From NCBI GenBank assembly GCA_011380095.1, contig DSAL01000063.1, positions 1 to 37,396 on the forward strand: 37,396 nt of DNA, written 5' to 3'. Below, piece after piece: positions 1-9,130 of this stretch. This DNA is from Candidatus Altiarchaeales archaeon. GTDB lineage: Archaea; Altiarchaeota; Altiarchaeia; IMC4; SCGC-AAA252-I15. Every line of letters begins with the position of its first letter. Position 1 is the stretch's first letter. A program made the position numbers and the translations under genes. The notes beneath the pieces were generated by a model, which made no database searches, had not been told where the DNA came from, and saw only the letters and a list, made by a program, of their open reading frames with translations.

Positions 1-1119
1 AATTAATTCTTTGTACATATCTTTCCCCCAAGTCTCGTAGGGAAAATCTTTGATTCTTTTCAAGCCGGCTTCAACAAGCTTTCTCCTCGCTTTTTCGTCC
101 TCTAAAAGCCGTATTATTTCAGACGCAAGTTGTTTCTCATCATCCACTCTGACAACGACTCCTGCATCTCCTAAAACCCAGGGGGTCGAGCCGGAGTCCA
201 TTCCTATTATTGGAATACCGCACGCCATTGCCTCAAGATATACCATGCCAAATCCCTCGCCAACGGAAGTGAGGACAAATAGTGTCGACTTTTTCATGTA
301 GTCTAAGACCTTCTCCTTTGGAATCTTGCCGAGAAAATTGATTTTATCCCGCACTCCGAGTTTTTCGGCATAATCTTCAAGGGGTTTGGTTTCACCGTCT
401 CCGGCTAAAAACAGTCTTGCGGCGGGCTTTTTCCCGGCTACTTTGGCAAAACACTTTATCAGGTATTCCGGTCTTTTTTCAGGAGACAGTCTTGCCGCGG
501 AAAAGATGGTGTCGGGCACCCCCTCAAGTGAAATGTTTTCTTGCCGTCTGACGCGGTTGGGTATCACGATAATTTTTCTGCCGCCGAGTTCCCTGAGTTT
601 TTTTTCAAGAACCGGCGATACTGCAATATTCACGCTCGAAACCTTCATGTTTAGATGATATAAAAGTTCTGATTTTCGGGTGGAGACACACCATTGGGCT
701 GGAAATCCTATAAAAAAAGACGCATTCCGTATTTTCCTGACCTTTGCAAGAAGATTTGTGAGAAGCCCCAGAAGAAGCGGATTGAAGTTTAGCATGACTG
801 TCCCGCATTCAAGGTGTCTGGATACTGTTTTAAGATACTTTAACACGAAAAAAGTTTTCAGAAACAGAGTTTTGGGGAAACCTGATTTTTTGTAGGAGAT
901 TTTTTCAATGAGAAACTTTCCGTCTGCCGAATAGCCCGTGTTTTCACTGAAACTCCCTGAAACAACAGTAATCTTGTCAAAAAAGGGCTCCAAAACCAAA
1001 AGCCTCTCGCGTATTACTGGCGCGGGAAAAATATTTAACTTATCCCCGATCATGTCATATACGGGTATGGGCGGGATTACGAGTAGTTTCTTCAAAGCGG
1101 CATTTTTGTTTGGTTTCAC
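1..1119 (-). CDS. Glycosyltransferase family 4 (GT-B), 3' end runs off the window; missing from ORF track
   Basis: Manual translation of both ends: GTG start overlapping the upstream TGA (1116-1119), in frame with C-terminal ...LFVLTSVGEGFGMVYLEAMACGIPIIG..., the GT4 EX7E motif. Middle of the frame not checked codon by codon. Confidence 0.88.
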   Translation of the reverse strand, partial: MKPNKNAALKKLLVIPPIPVYDMIGDKLNIFPAPVIRERLLVLEPFFDKITVVSGSFSENTGYSADGKFLIEKISYKKSGFPKTLFLKTFFVLKYLKTVSRHLECGTVMLNFNPLLLGLLTNLLAKVRKIRNASFFIGFPAQWCVSTRKSELLYHLNMKVSSVNIAVSPVLEKKLRELGGRKIIVIPNRVRRQENISLEGVPDTIFSAARLSPEKRPEYLIKCFAKVAGKKPAARLFLAGDGETKPLEDYAEKLGVRDKINFLGKIPKEKVLDYMKKSTLFVLTSVGEGFGMVYLEAMACGIPIIGMDSGSTPWVLGDAGVVVRVDDEKQLASEIIRLLEDEKARRKLVEAGLKRIKDFPYETWGKDMYKELI

Positions 1120-2081
1120 TCAAGACCACCCAGTTGTGAAGCGAGTTTAATCCAGCCGTAGTCTAGCGAGTGCCCCCTGATTTTTTTGCGTTCGAGTTTT
1201 TCTGCTTGAAGAATGGCTTGAGCCAGTTTATCAGGCCTTGATTCTTTGATTAGTACTCCGCATTCTTCCGTCAATATTTCGGGGATTCCTCCGGTATTTG
1301 AGGCGACGACAGGCGTCCCGCAAGCCATTGATTCGAGAATCGACAGTGGTGTTCCCTCCTGTCTTGACGGCAGGCAGAATACTGATGCTTGATTGTAGAA
1401 TCCGGGCATTTTTTCGTGTTCGATATTGCCGTGGTATTTCACGCGGTCTGTTGAGACGCCCGCGGGTTCCCCGACAACATCCAAGACATATTCTTCGGGG
1501 AGATAGTCCATTGTTTTTAGGAGTATGTCGAATCCTTTGGCTTTTCCGACACGGCCGACGAAAAGAACCCTTTTGCTCGACTTCTTGCTCCCGGAAGGCT
1601 TGAACAGTCCCGTGTCAACTCCCGGGTAAGCCAGCACAAGCTTCTCTTTTTTTGAGAACCTTGAAGCGAACTTCAAAAGGCCGTGGTTGATGCAGACAAT
1701 CTTGTCCGCGAAGATGAAGTCGAATAATTCGAGGATTGAGTCAAAGAAAGTGAACGGGAAAAACATGGTGGAGGGATGTTTGAAGATTCTTTGAAGCCCC
1801 GAACCGTGGAAAATAGAGACGACCTTTTTCGTCCGTAAAATTGGCCTGAAGCTGTGGCTGTTGGAGATGACCAGGTCGAAGCCGGAAAGGTCGCGTGGCG
1901 TGATGGAAAACAGTATCATGTTCAATGTCGACTTCAAGTGCCCTGAAAGCTTTTTCCCGGTGGAAATGTATTCAACCTCATGGCCAATCTCTTCAAATGC
2001 AGAACCAAGATTCTTGAGGTAGTTTTCAACCCCGCCAGTATTCTTGAACGGGTCTGAATGATTTAGCAACGCAATCTTCAT
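1116..2081 (-). CDS. Glycosyltransferase family 4
   Basis: N-terminal GGVENY; FVGRVGKAKG; PSRQEGTPLSILESMACGTPVVAS. Confidence 0.92.
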   Translation of the reverse strand: MKIALLNHSDPFKNTGGVENYLKNLGSAFEEIGHEVEYISTGKKLSGHLKSTLNMILFSITPRDLSGFDLVISNSHSFRPILRTKKVVSIFHGSGLQRIFKHPSTMFFPFTFFDSILELFDFIFADKIVCINHGLLKFASRFSKKEKLVLAYPGVDTGLFKPSGSKKSSKRVLFVGRVGKAKGFDILLKTMDYLPEEYVLDVVGEPAGVSTDRVKYHGNIEHEKMPGFYNQASVFCLPSRQEGTPLSILESMACGTPVVASNTGGIPEILTEECGVLIKESRPDKLAQAILQAEKLERKKIRGHSLDYGWIKLASQLGGLE

Positions 2082-3184
2082 TGATCACCACCGTAAGCGT
2101 TCAACAGATTTTTGGAAATCGACTTCCAGCCGTACTCGTCTTCGGCGCGTTTTCTCGCCAAAGACGCCTTATGCCCGGCATCTTCAGGATTCTCGTGAAT
2201 CTTTCTGAAAGCCTTGGCCAAAGCCTTCGGGTCGCCGGGCGCAACCAGGTATCCTGTTCCCCCAAGGATTTTGGGGAGGTCGCCGACAGATGATGCGACA
2301 ATCGGCTTTCCCAAACCCATGTACTCGAAAATCTTCATGTTGCATTGGTATCGAACGCCAGGCAGGTCCTCGAATGGAGCCGTCAAGACATCCGCCAACG
2401 CCAGTACTTTAGGAAGGTCATCATGAAACACCCGGCCCTTGAAGTCAAAGAAGTCTTCCAGTTTTTTCTCTGCCACAATAGACTTGAGTTTCGCAAGACC
2501 GTCGCCTGAGCCGACGATAATGCATTTTATTTTGGGGATGTCTTTTCGGGCAAGAGCGACCGCGGCAACTATCGGGAGTATATGCCTGTACTTTTGTATC
2601 ATGCCGAGAAACAAGATGTTAAACCCCTCGTGTTTTTCACTCGACGGCCTGAACTTCTCCAAGTCCACGCCATTCGGGACGTAAAAACACTTGCCGTGGT
2701 ATTTTCCCGCAATTTTCTCCTTCAAAAGAAGATGGTTGGCGTAGAGTATCGCATCAGAGAATGCTGACCCGATTTTCGTGAAAATTTGCGAAACAAGAAT
2801 CTTGAATGCCGACTCCCCGTTATCGTTCAAAGTGTAGGGGTCCCACTCGTCGCAGTCGAAGACAAGCCTGCAACCGGAAGTCCACTTGTAGACCAATGCG
2901 GGAATCAGTGTGAAGGGGTGAGGCTTCAATGCGTGGACGACGTCCGGCCTGAAGTTCCTCAAAAACTTTAAAGTATTCAAGGTCCAGGCCGGAAGTTTCA
3001 GCAAAGACTTGTCTTCCAGAGGAAAGAAAAGATGCGTATCTTCCGGCGACCCGCCATACCTGTCGTTTTTCGGAAGAATAATAACCCAGTCTAAACTGGT
3101 CTCCTTCACAAGGTCGCGAAGGCGGGTCGAACCCCCGCCAGACATTGAAAACGGTGAGATTAATGCGGCTTTCACTTTAAACAA
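2078..3184 (-). CDS. Glycosyltransferase family 4
   Basis: VPNGVD; KIFEYMGLGKPIVASSVGD; TGA overlaps next ATG. Confidence 0.9.
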   Translation of the reverse strand: MFKVKAALISPFSMSGGGSTRLRDLVKETSLDWVIILPKNDRYGGSPEDTHLFFPLEDKSLLKLPAWTLNTLKFLRNFRPDVVHALKPHPFTLIPALVYKWTSGCRLVFDCDEWDPYTLNDNGESAFKILVSQIFTKIGSAFSDAILYANHLLLKEKIAGKYHGKCFYVPNGVDLEKFRPSSEKHEGFNILFLGMIQKYRHILPIVAAVALARKDIPKIKCIIVGSGDGLAKLKSIVAEKKLEDFFDFKGRVFHDDLPKVLALADVLTAPFEDLPGVRYQCNMKIFEYMGLGKPIVASSVGDLPKILGGTGYLVAPGDPKALAKAFRKIHENPEDAGHKASLARKRAEDEYGWKSISKNLLNAYGGDQ

Positions 3185-3208
3185 AATGGGATTAGACGGT
3201 TAAAGTCT

Positions 3209-4339
3209 TTATTTCACAAGACTTTCGTACTCTTCCTTGATTTTCCCGCAGACCGCATCTGCCGTGAAAAGCTCTTCCACACGCCTCCTGCCTAAAACAC
3301 CATCATCGACCGCCAGCTCCTCATCCGACAATAGTTTGATTAAAGCTTCTGAAAGCGCCTTCGGATTTCTCGGCTCAACAGTCAAGCCGGCTTCCCCCAC
3401 CACATACGGCATCCCTGAAATGTTGGTGGTGACCGTCGGCTTCCCGCACGCCATGGCTTCCGCCAAAACAATCCCGAACGCTTCGGCGCGGGTGACGGAT
3501 GGAAGCGCGAAAACATCGCAGGCCGCATAATACTTCGCAAGAGAATCATCTCCAACACGCCCTGCGAAAACGACACTGTCATCCAAACCAAAACCTGAAA
3601 CCTGTTTTTTCAACTTTTCTTCGAGTTCTCCGCTTCCAACCAATACAAGTTTCGCGTCAACCTGTTTGTCCAAAATAATCTTGAATGCGTCAATCAAGTA
3701 TTCCAAGCCCTTGTAGGGGACGAACCTTCCTACGAACAAGATTATTTTTTCTCCGCCTGGCGCCAGCTTCTTTCTCAAATCCTTCGCGTCGATTTGCGGA
3801 TTGTATTTTTGCGGGTCAACGAAATTGGGGGTAATCTTAATTTTGCCACGATACCGCTTCAAAGTCTTTGAGGATTCAGCATAGTCGGGGCTTGTCGCGA
3901 AAATTATTTTAGCTTTCCACAATACGAGTCTTTCGAAAAACCGGTAGAATAGTTTGAATGGAATGTGATACCACCTGTCTTTCACTATGTCGGCGTGATA
4001 TGTGACCGCCATTGGCTTTCGCTTCAAGACGCTCGCAATCAAAGCAGAGATGCTGTTGACGGGGTCCGGAAGATTGACGTCGATCAAGTCGTAGTCTTTT
4101 CGCAAGAGATTCAAGAGTATTCCCGGGGAAAACAGGGCGTTGAATACATCAAGAAATACGCTTGAGCGGTATACTTTAATCCCGTCGATGTCTTCAAACG
4201 AGGACGTCTCTTTTTCATGCGATGTGAAAACCAGGACTTCAACGTCATGCTTTGCAAGCCAGCGGGACAAGTCCAAAACCCGATATTCCAAACCCCCAAG
4301 ATACGGGTAGAAGTGTTTGGATACCATCGCCACCCGCAT
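3209..4339 (-). CDS. Glycosyltransferase family 4 (N-terminus of PigA/PimA type)
   Basis: MRVAMVSKHFYPYLGGLE; FVGRFVPYKG; EAFGIVLAEAMACGKP; ATG at 4339 just after the upstream stop preferred to 4357. Confidence 0.92.
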   Translation of the reverse strand: MRVAMVSKHFYPYLGGLEYRVLDLSRWLAKHDVEVLVFTSHEKETSSFEDIDGIKVYRSSVFLDVFNALFSPGILLNLLRKDYDLIDVNLPDPVNSISALIASVLKRKPMAVTYHADIVKDRWYHIPFKLFYRFFERLVLWKAKIIFATSPDYAESSKTLKRYRGKIKITPNFVDPQKYNPQIDAKDLRKKLAPGGEKIILFVGRFVPYKGLEYLIDAFKIILDKQVDAKLVLVGSGELEEKLKKQVSGFGLDDSVVFAGRVGDDSLAKYYAACDVFALPSVTRAEAFGIVLAEAMACGKPTVTTNISGMPYVVGEAGLTVEPRNPKALSEALIKLLSDEELAVDDGVLGRRRVEELFTADAVCGKIKEEYESLVK

Positions 4340-4341
4340 TG

Positions 4342-5301
4342 CTACACCACGCTCCAAACGGCAATTACCGCGAAAACAATCTCTATCCCAAGAATCGTCA
4401 AAACCAGCCGGGTTTCTGTTATCCCGCCGCTCAAGTACATGACAAGCCGTCCAAGACCGTAGACTTCACTTTTTTTATTGCAGACAAGTTTTCCTCCCTC
4501 AACCCCGCAAAACGACGGCATCCGGAATTTTCCGCGAACCTTCAAAAACAATTCCAAGAAGAATGGGATTATCAGGATTGCTCCAACACGCTCTATGTCG
4601 CCGATGATGACGGATGATGCGACTACCGCGCCGATTGAAAGAGTCCCGGAGTCTCCGATAAATATTTTCGCGGGATTCCAGTTGAAGAAGAGAAATGCCA
4701 GCAGTGCCCCCGCCATGGCGGCCGAAAGTATGAACGCCTCGCTCTCCCCGACAATGATTGAGACGAACGCTATTGTAGCGCACATTATGAGTCCAATGCC
4801 GGCTTCAAGACCGTTGAATCCTGCGAGCATGTTGCATGCGTTGGCAGCGCCCGTTATTGCTATTGGAATAAGGAGAAGCGGATAGAGTATTCCAAAGTCC
4901 ACCGGACCGATGACTGGGAACGTCATCGTGGTTACTCCCGCCTTGACCGCGACAAGCGGGAGCGCCGCGAAAATCGGGAGCAATGCTTTCGTGGATTGTC
5001 GGACATAGATTAGGTCGTCGATAATCCCGATGATTGATATTATCAACACGACGCTCAAGCCTGAAAGAAGAAGCGTCATGTCGAAAGAGCCGTTGCCCAA
5101 CGCGATTGAAAACAATACTGCGACGACAAAGCCGGCTACAATAGAAAGTCCGCCCATCTCCGGAACGTCCGGCTTAGACGCTTTGTTCATGTCTTTGACA
5201 GTCAGGCCGGCGTCGGAAAGCCTTCTGATAAACCATGGTGTCGCCAAAAGCGTGAATGCCATCGCGACAAGGGGTATGAAGACGTATTCCGGCTCTATCA
5301 T
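4342..5301 (-). CDS. aglH: UDP-GlcNAc:dolichyl-phosphate GlcNAc-1-phosphotransferase (MraY/GPT/AglH family)
   Basis: Multi-TM; DMNK..VPEMGG, GIIDD, NACNMLAGFNGLEAG, FNWNPAKIFIGDSG motifs. Confidence 0.85.
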   Translation of the reverse strand: MIEPEYVFIPLVAMAFTLLATPWFIRRLSDAGLTVKDMNKASKPDVPEMGGLSIVAGFVVAVLFSIALGNGSFDMTLLLSGLSVVLIISIIGIIDDLIYVRQSTKALLPIFAALPLVAVKAGVTTMTFPVIGPVDFGILYPLLLIPIAITGAANACNMLAGFNGLEAGIGLIMCATIAFVSIIVGESEAFILSAAMAGALLAFLFFNWNPAKIFIGDSGTLSIGAVVASSVIIGDIERVGAILIIPFFLELFLKVRGKFRMPSFCGVEGGKLVCNKKSEVYGLGRLVMYLSGGITETRLVLTILGIEIVFAVIAVWSVV

Positions 5302-5386
5302 TGTCGTGTAATAAATCTAAAAGACGGTTAAAAACAGGAGGGTGTGGGGCGTTTAAATAAGAGTTTTCATTTATTGTATTTGAGAG

Positions 5387-5551
5387 ATGGATTTAACTAG
5401 GATTCCCGTATGGGAGTTGGCGTTGATGGCGGCGGCGGGCGTTGCGGTAGTAATCGTATTCATGCTCTGGTGGTTCCTCGGCTACGACCTGGCTGTCGTA
5501 GCCAAAGCCGGAGCCTCAATGCAGGCGGGTCTTGCGTCAATTCTAGTTTAG
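5387..5551 (+). CDS. Putative 54-aa membrane microprotein (below ORF-track cutoff)
   Basis: MDLTRIPVWELALMAAAGVAVVIVFMLWWFLGYDLAVVAKAGASMQAGLASILV*; TTTAAATA at 5352-5359 upstream; fills the gap between aglH and padR. Confidence 0.55.
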   Translation: MDLTRIPVWELALMAAAGVAVVIVFMLWWFLGYDLAVVAKAGASMQAGLASILV

Positions 5552-5872
5552 GCCGGATTGCCTAAATAGTTTTTTTGTGAGGAGTTGAACGTATTTTTCG
5601 CCTTTTTTCAGAAGATTCTCGCCTTCTTCGGTTATCGTATAGTATTTCCTCTTCCTGTTTTCGATGGTCTCCCACTGGGCTTTCACGAATCCGTCGCGCT
5701 CGAGCTTGTATAATACCATGTAGGCTGTAACCTGCCCTATCTTGAAGCCTGACTGGCTTTCAAGCTTTTCCCTGACTTCATAGGCGTAGAGTGGCTTGTC
5801 CTTCATGAGCGAGAGGATATGAATCCAAAGGCATTCGATTGTCGTCTTTCTCTTAAGCCTCTCCAACGGCAT
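5543..5872 (-). CDS. PadR family transcriptional regulator
   Basis: ILSLMKDKPLYAYEV...YMVLYKLERDGFV...RKRKYYTITEEG winged-helix signature. Confidence 0.92.
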   Translation of the reverse strand: MPLERLKRKTTIECLWIHILSLMKDKPLYAYEVREKLESQSGFKIGQVTAYMVLYKLERDGFVKAQWETIENRKRKYYTITEEGENLLKKGEKYVQLLTKKLFRQSGLN

Positions 5873-5936
5873 TGTTTTACACCCGTAAAATAATTTATTA
5901 ACTATTGAACCTATTGTTTTACAGTTATAAAATAAG
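5871..5936. promoter_or_regulatory. Two 24-bp imperfect palindromes, candidate PadR operators
   Basis: attgttttacacccgtaaaataat (5871-5894) and attgttttacagttataaaataag (5913-5936): 19/24 identical, 42 bp apart, between divergent padR and ino1. Confidence 0.65.
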
Positions 5937-5952
5937 AGATGGTGTTTGGATT

Positions 5953-7038
5953 ATGGGCAGAATCAAGATTGCACTGGTCGGAGTTGGAAACTGCGCCTCA
6001 AGCCTCGTGCAGGGACGCGAATACTACAAGAACATTGACGGAAACGACCCGCTCGTGCCGGGACTAATGCACAACGTGGTCGGCGGATACGCGATAAAAG
6101 ACATCGATTTTGTCGCCGCATTCGACATAGACAAAAACAAGGTGGGAAAAGACTTGGGCGACGCTGTTTTCTCAAAACCAAACTGCACTACAAAATTCAG
6201 TGACGTCCCGGAATGGAAGGTTGAAGTCAAAAAGGGCCCGGTCCTCGACGGAGTCGGCGAAACCACGAAAGACAAGTTCCTGGTGGACCCAAGCCAGACG
6301 CCGGTTGATGTCGCAAGAGAACTCGAAGACTCTGGAGCCGAAATCCTCATGAACTACCTGCCGGTAGGCTCGGAAAAGGCCGCAAGATTCTACGCGGAAG
6401 AATGCCTGAAAGCCGGAGTCGCATTCATCAACGCCATGCCAGTCTTCATAGCATCAACCAAAGAGTGGGACGAGCGTTTCAGGCAGGCGGGAGTCCCGAC
6501 AATCGGCGACGACATCAAAAGCCAGCTTGGCGCAACAATCGTACACCGCGTCCTGACAAAACTTTTCGTCGACAGGGGAGTGAAACTCGACCACACATAC
6601 CAGCTGAATGTCGGCGGAAACACCGACTTTCTGAACATGCTCGAACGAACCAGACTAAAAAGCAAGAAAATCAGCAAGACGCAGTCCGTCCAATCACAGC
6701 TTCCAACAAAACTCGCGCCAGAAGACATACACATCGGTCCGTCAGACTACGTCCCCTGGCTGAACGACAACAAGCTCTGCTTCATCAGGATGGAGGGCAG
6801 GAAATTCGGCGACGTCCCCCTAAACCTCGAGTTAAGGCTTTCGGTTGAAGACAGCCCTAACAGCGCGGGAGTCATGGTTGACGCGATAAGGTGCGCGAAA
6901 CTCGCACTCGACCGAGGAGTATCAGGAACTCTCACAAGCCCGTCAAGCTATTTCATGAAAAGCCCGATGATACAGTACAGTGACGACGTGTGCAGAAATC
7001 TTGTGGAAGAATACATCAAAGGCGAAAGAGAAAGATAG
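5953..7038 (+). CDS. ino1: myo-inositol-1-phosphate synthase
   Basis: [60 protein letters not shown] 5953 preferred. Confidence 0.97.
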   Translation: MGRIKIALVGVGNCASSLVQGREYYKNIDGNDPLVPGLMHNVVGGYAIKDIDFVAAFDIDKNKVGKDLGDAVFSKPNCTTKFSDVPEWKVEVKKGPVLDGVGETTKDKFLVDPSQTPVDVARELEDSGAEILMNYLPVGSEKAARFYAEECLKAGVAFINAMPVFIASTKEWDERFRQAGVPTIGDDIKSQLGATIVHRVLTKLFVDRGVKLDHTYQLNVGGNTDFLNMLERTRLKSKKISKTQSVQSQLPTKLAPEDIHIGPSDYVPWLNDNKLCFIRMEGRKFGDVPLNLELRLSVEDSPNSAGVMVDAIRCAKLALDRGVSGTLTSPSSYFMKSPMIQYSDDVCRNLVEEYIKGERER

Positions 7039-7081
7039 TGGATTAATGCAGGAGGTAAAAAAACCCCACCACCAAACACTT

Positions 7082-7097
7082 TTCCAAGTTTTTTAAG
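7082..7097 (+). promoter_or_regulatory. BRE/TATA-like promoter
   Basis: ttccaagttttttaag, identical 16-mer to 36372-36387; about 34 bp before ATG 7131. Confidence 0.55.
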
Positions 7098-7130
7098 GGC
7101 GTAAAAGAAAGTTTGTTTCAGGCAAAAAAA

Positions 7131-7742
7131 ATGTTGAAGTCAAGCTTTGGAAGACAGGTCGAATGGATTAGCGTGAAAATAGGGATAGTTTTCGCAAGAC
7201 TCAGAATTCCACCGAACATTTGGACTATACTCGCGCTCGCCCCCGCCATAATCGGACTCTACGCACTATACCAAAAAATGCTTTTTGAGGCGGTAGTCCT
7301 CTTCTTCATATCAGGCTTCATCGACGCGATAGACGGCGCGGTCGCGAGAGTCACAGGGTCGGAGAGCGCGATTGGAGCGTTCCTAGACGGCGTCGTCGAC
7401 AGGTATGTGGAAATATTTCTCTACATAGGACTCCTAACCTATCTTTCAGGGACTGCCACGCCGATAATCCCGCTTGAGGCCTGGATTATCGTGCTCGTAT
7501 TCGGGGCTCTCATGCCCTCCTTCATAACGGCGTACGCAGACCACAGGGGCGTCATAACAGAGCCTGAAAAGCTTAAGAGGATGGGTGGCCTGATAGAGCG
7601 TGCGGAACGCTTGAACATACTCTATCTCGGAATGATTTTAGGGATATTTGATGTAATTTACCTGGTATATGCTGTGGTCGGAGTCGCAGTACTGGCTAAT
7701 CTGACGGCATTACAGCGGACTGCGTACGTCCTCAGGCACTAA
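7131..7742 (+). CDS. CDP-alcohol phosphatidyltransferase, probably archaetidylinositol-phosphate synthase
   Basis: PNxxT; DAIDGAVARVTGSESAIGAFLDGVVDR motif; GLIERAER; directly after ino1. Confidence 0.88.
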   Translation: MLKSSFGRQVEWISVKIGIVFARLRIPPNIWTILALAPAIIGLYALYQKMLFEAVVLFFISGFIDAIDGAVARVTGSESAIGAFLDGVVDRYVEIFLYIGLLTYLSGTATPIIPLEAWIIVLVFGALMPSFITAYADHRGVITEPEKLKRMGGLIERAERLNILYLGMILGIFDVIYLVYAVVGVAVLANLTALQRTAYVLRH

Positions 7743-7835
7743 AGACCCTTGAAACATTCGGCCTTATCAGATATTTGATATATATACTTGTATTATACTT
7801 TTTTAGGGAATAGTACCTTAATTGTAGAAGGCAAT

Positions 7836-8180
7836 ATGGAAGAGCAGGAGCCGGTGATGGAGGAGATAACGCCAAGACAGCTTGTAGAGAGGCTTATCGA
7901 AAAGCACGACCGCTTCATCAGCGACTATGAAAACAGCGTTGAGGGAGCGAAAAGACTGCACATTCTCAGGGAAAAGAAAGACCAGCTTGAACACTGGGTG
8001 GCGGACGGCGGAGGCGAAATGTTTGAGAAGCAGTTTCAGGCCACCGTGAAAGAACTCGCAGACCTTGAGAAATCCATGATTTCAACAGAGTTAAGCCAAG
8101 CCCAGATGACGGCGCGACTGGACGACCACAAGGGCGCCAAGAAATATTGGGTGAAAAAGCTGGAGGAGATGGGGCAATGA
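7836..8180 (+). CDS. Hypothetical helical/coiled-coil protein
   Basis: Charged helical ORF; stop overlaps the next start (ATGA at 8177-8180). Confidence 0.7.
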   Translation: MEEQEPVMEEITPRQLVERLIEKHDRFISDYENSVEGAKRLHILREKKDQLEHWVADGGGEMFEKQFQATVKELADLEKSMISTELSQAQMTARLDDHKGAKKYWVKKLEEMGQ

Positions 8181-9130
8181 GCGACGAGGACATCGAAGAA
8201 AAGATAGGCCCCACCATGGAAAAGATCGAGTCAAGCGAGAAGGGGATTTTCGAGATAGTCAAGAAAGTCAGAAAACTCCAGTCCGAAGCCAAAATCCTAA
8301 AGGAAAAACGCGACCGCCTCAACAACCAGTGCAAGACCATCGCGGACGAAGCGCGCGGTTTCCGGGAAAAACGGGATGAGCTGAACAATCAGATAACAGA
8401 ATTGAAGAAGGAGCGTGAAGTCCACAACAAGCTCGCCAAAGAGAAGAGCGGCGAGATTGAGGGGAAGAAGAAGGAGCGCGACAGGCTGAACGAGTCGGCG
8501 AGAGGCACCGACAAACGCCTTCAAAAGCTTTACGAAAAGAATGTTAAAAAGATTCTGGAAAAGGACCTTCCGCTCGACGACGAGAAGAAATTGTTTAAAA
8601 GCATTTTCGAGCTGGACGCGAGAATAAACGACGCGAAAAAAGCCGACGAACTCCACACTGAAGTCGTCGGGAAATACAATGACCTGAAGACCATCGACAC
8701 AAAAGTCGACGAGCTGAGCGGGAAGATCAGGGAGATAGCCAACAAGTCCGAAGAGCATCATCTTGAAGCCGTGAAACGATACGAGCAGCTTGACAAGCTG
8801 AGCGGCGAGGCCGACGAGCATCACGAGGCGTTAATCAAAAAGTACGGGGAAATCAACGAATTGCGCAAAAACATTGACGCCATCAAGGAAGACATTTCAA
8901 AGCTTCGGGAGGATATTGCCCCATACACTAGCGAGCTTGAATCCATTGAGAAGAGCAGGCGCGAGCTTGACTTGAAAAAGAAGGCCGACGAGGCGAAGGG
9001 GAAGCTTAGGGAGGGCAAGAGGCTTAGTTTCGACGACTTCAAGTCGCTTTTAGAAGGAGACGAAGACTTCCTAAGCGACGACGAATCGCAGGAAGATGCT
9101 GCAAAAGCGGATTCCCAGCAGTCAGCTTAA
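8177..9130 (+). CDS. Archaeal long coiled-coil protein (COG1340-like)
   Basis: Repeated REKRDELN-type heptads; C-terminal KLREGKRLSFDDF. Confidence 0.78.
   Translation: MSDEDIEEKIGPTMEKIESSEKGIFEIVKKVRKLQSEAKILKEKRDRLNNQCKTIADEARGFREKRDELNNQITELKKEREVHNKLAKEKSGEIEGKKKERDRLNESARGTDKRLQKLYEKNVKKILEKDLPLDDEKKLFKSIFELDARINDAKKADELHTEVVGKYNDLKTIDTKVDELSGKIREIANKSEEHHLEAVKRYEQLDKLSGEADEHHEALIKKYGEINELRKNIDAIKEDISKLREDIAPYTSELESIEKSRRELDLKKKADEAKGKLREGKRLSFDDFKSLLEGDEDFLSDDESQEDAAKADSQQSA

Noticed and set aside
50..1150. Short plus-strand ORFs in the track
   Set aside because: They are antisense shadows of the minus-strand GT4 at 1-1119
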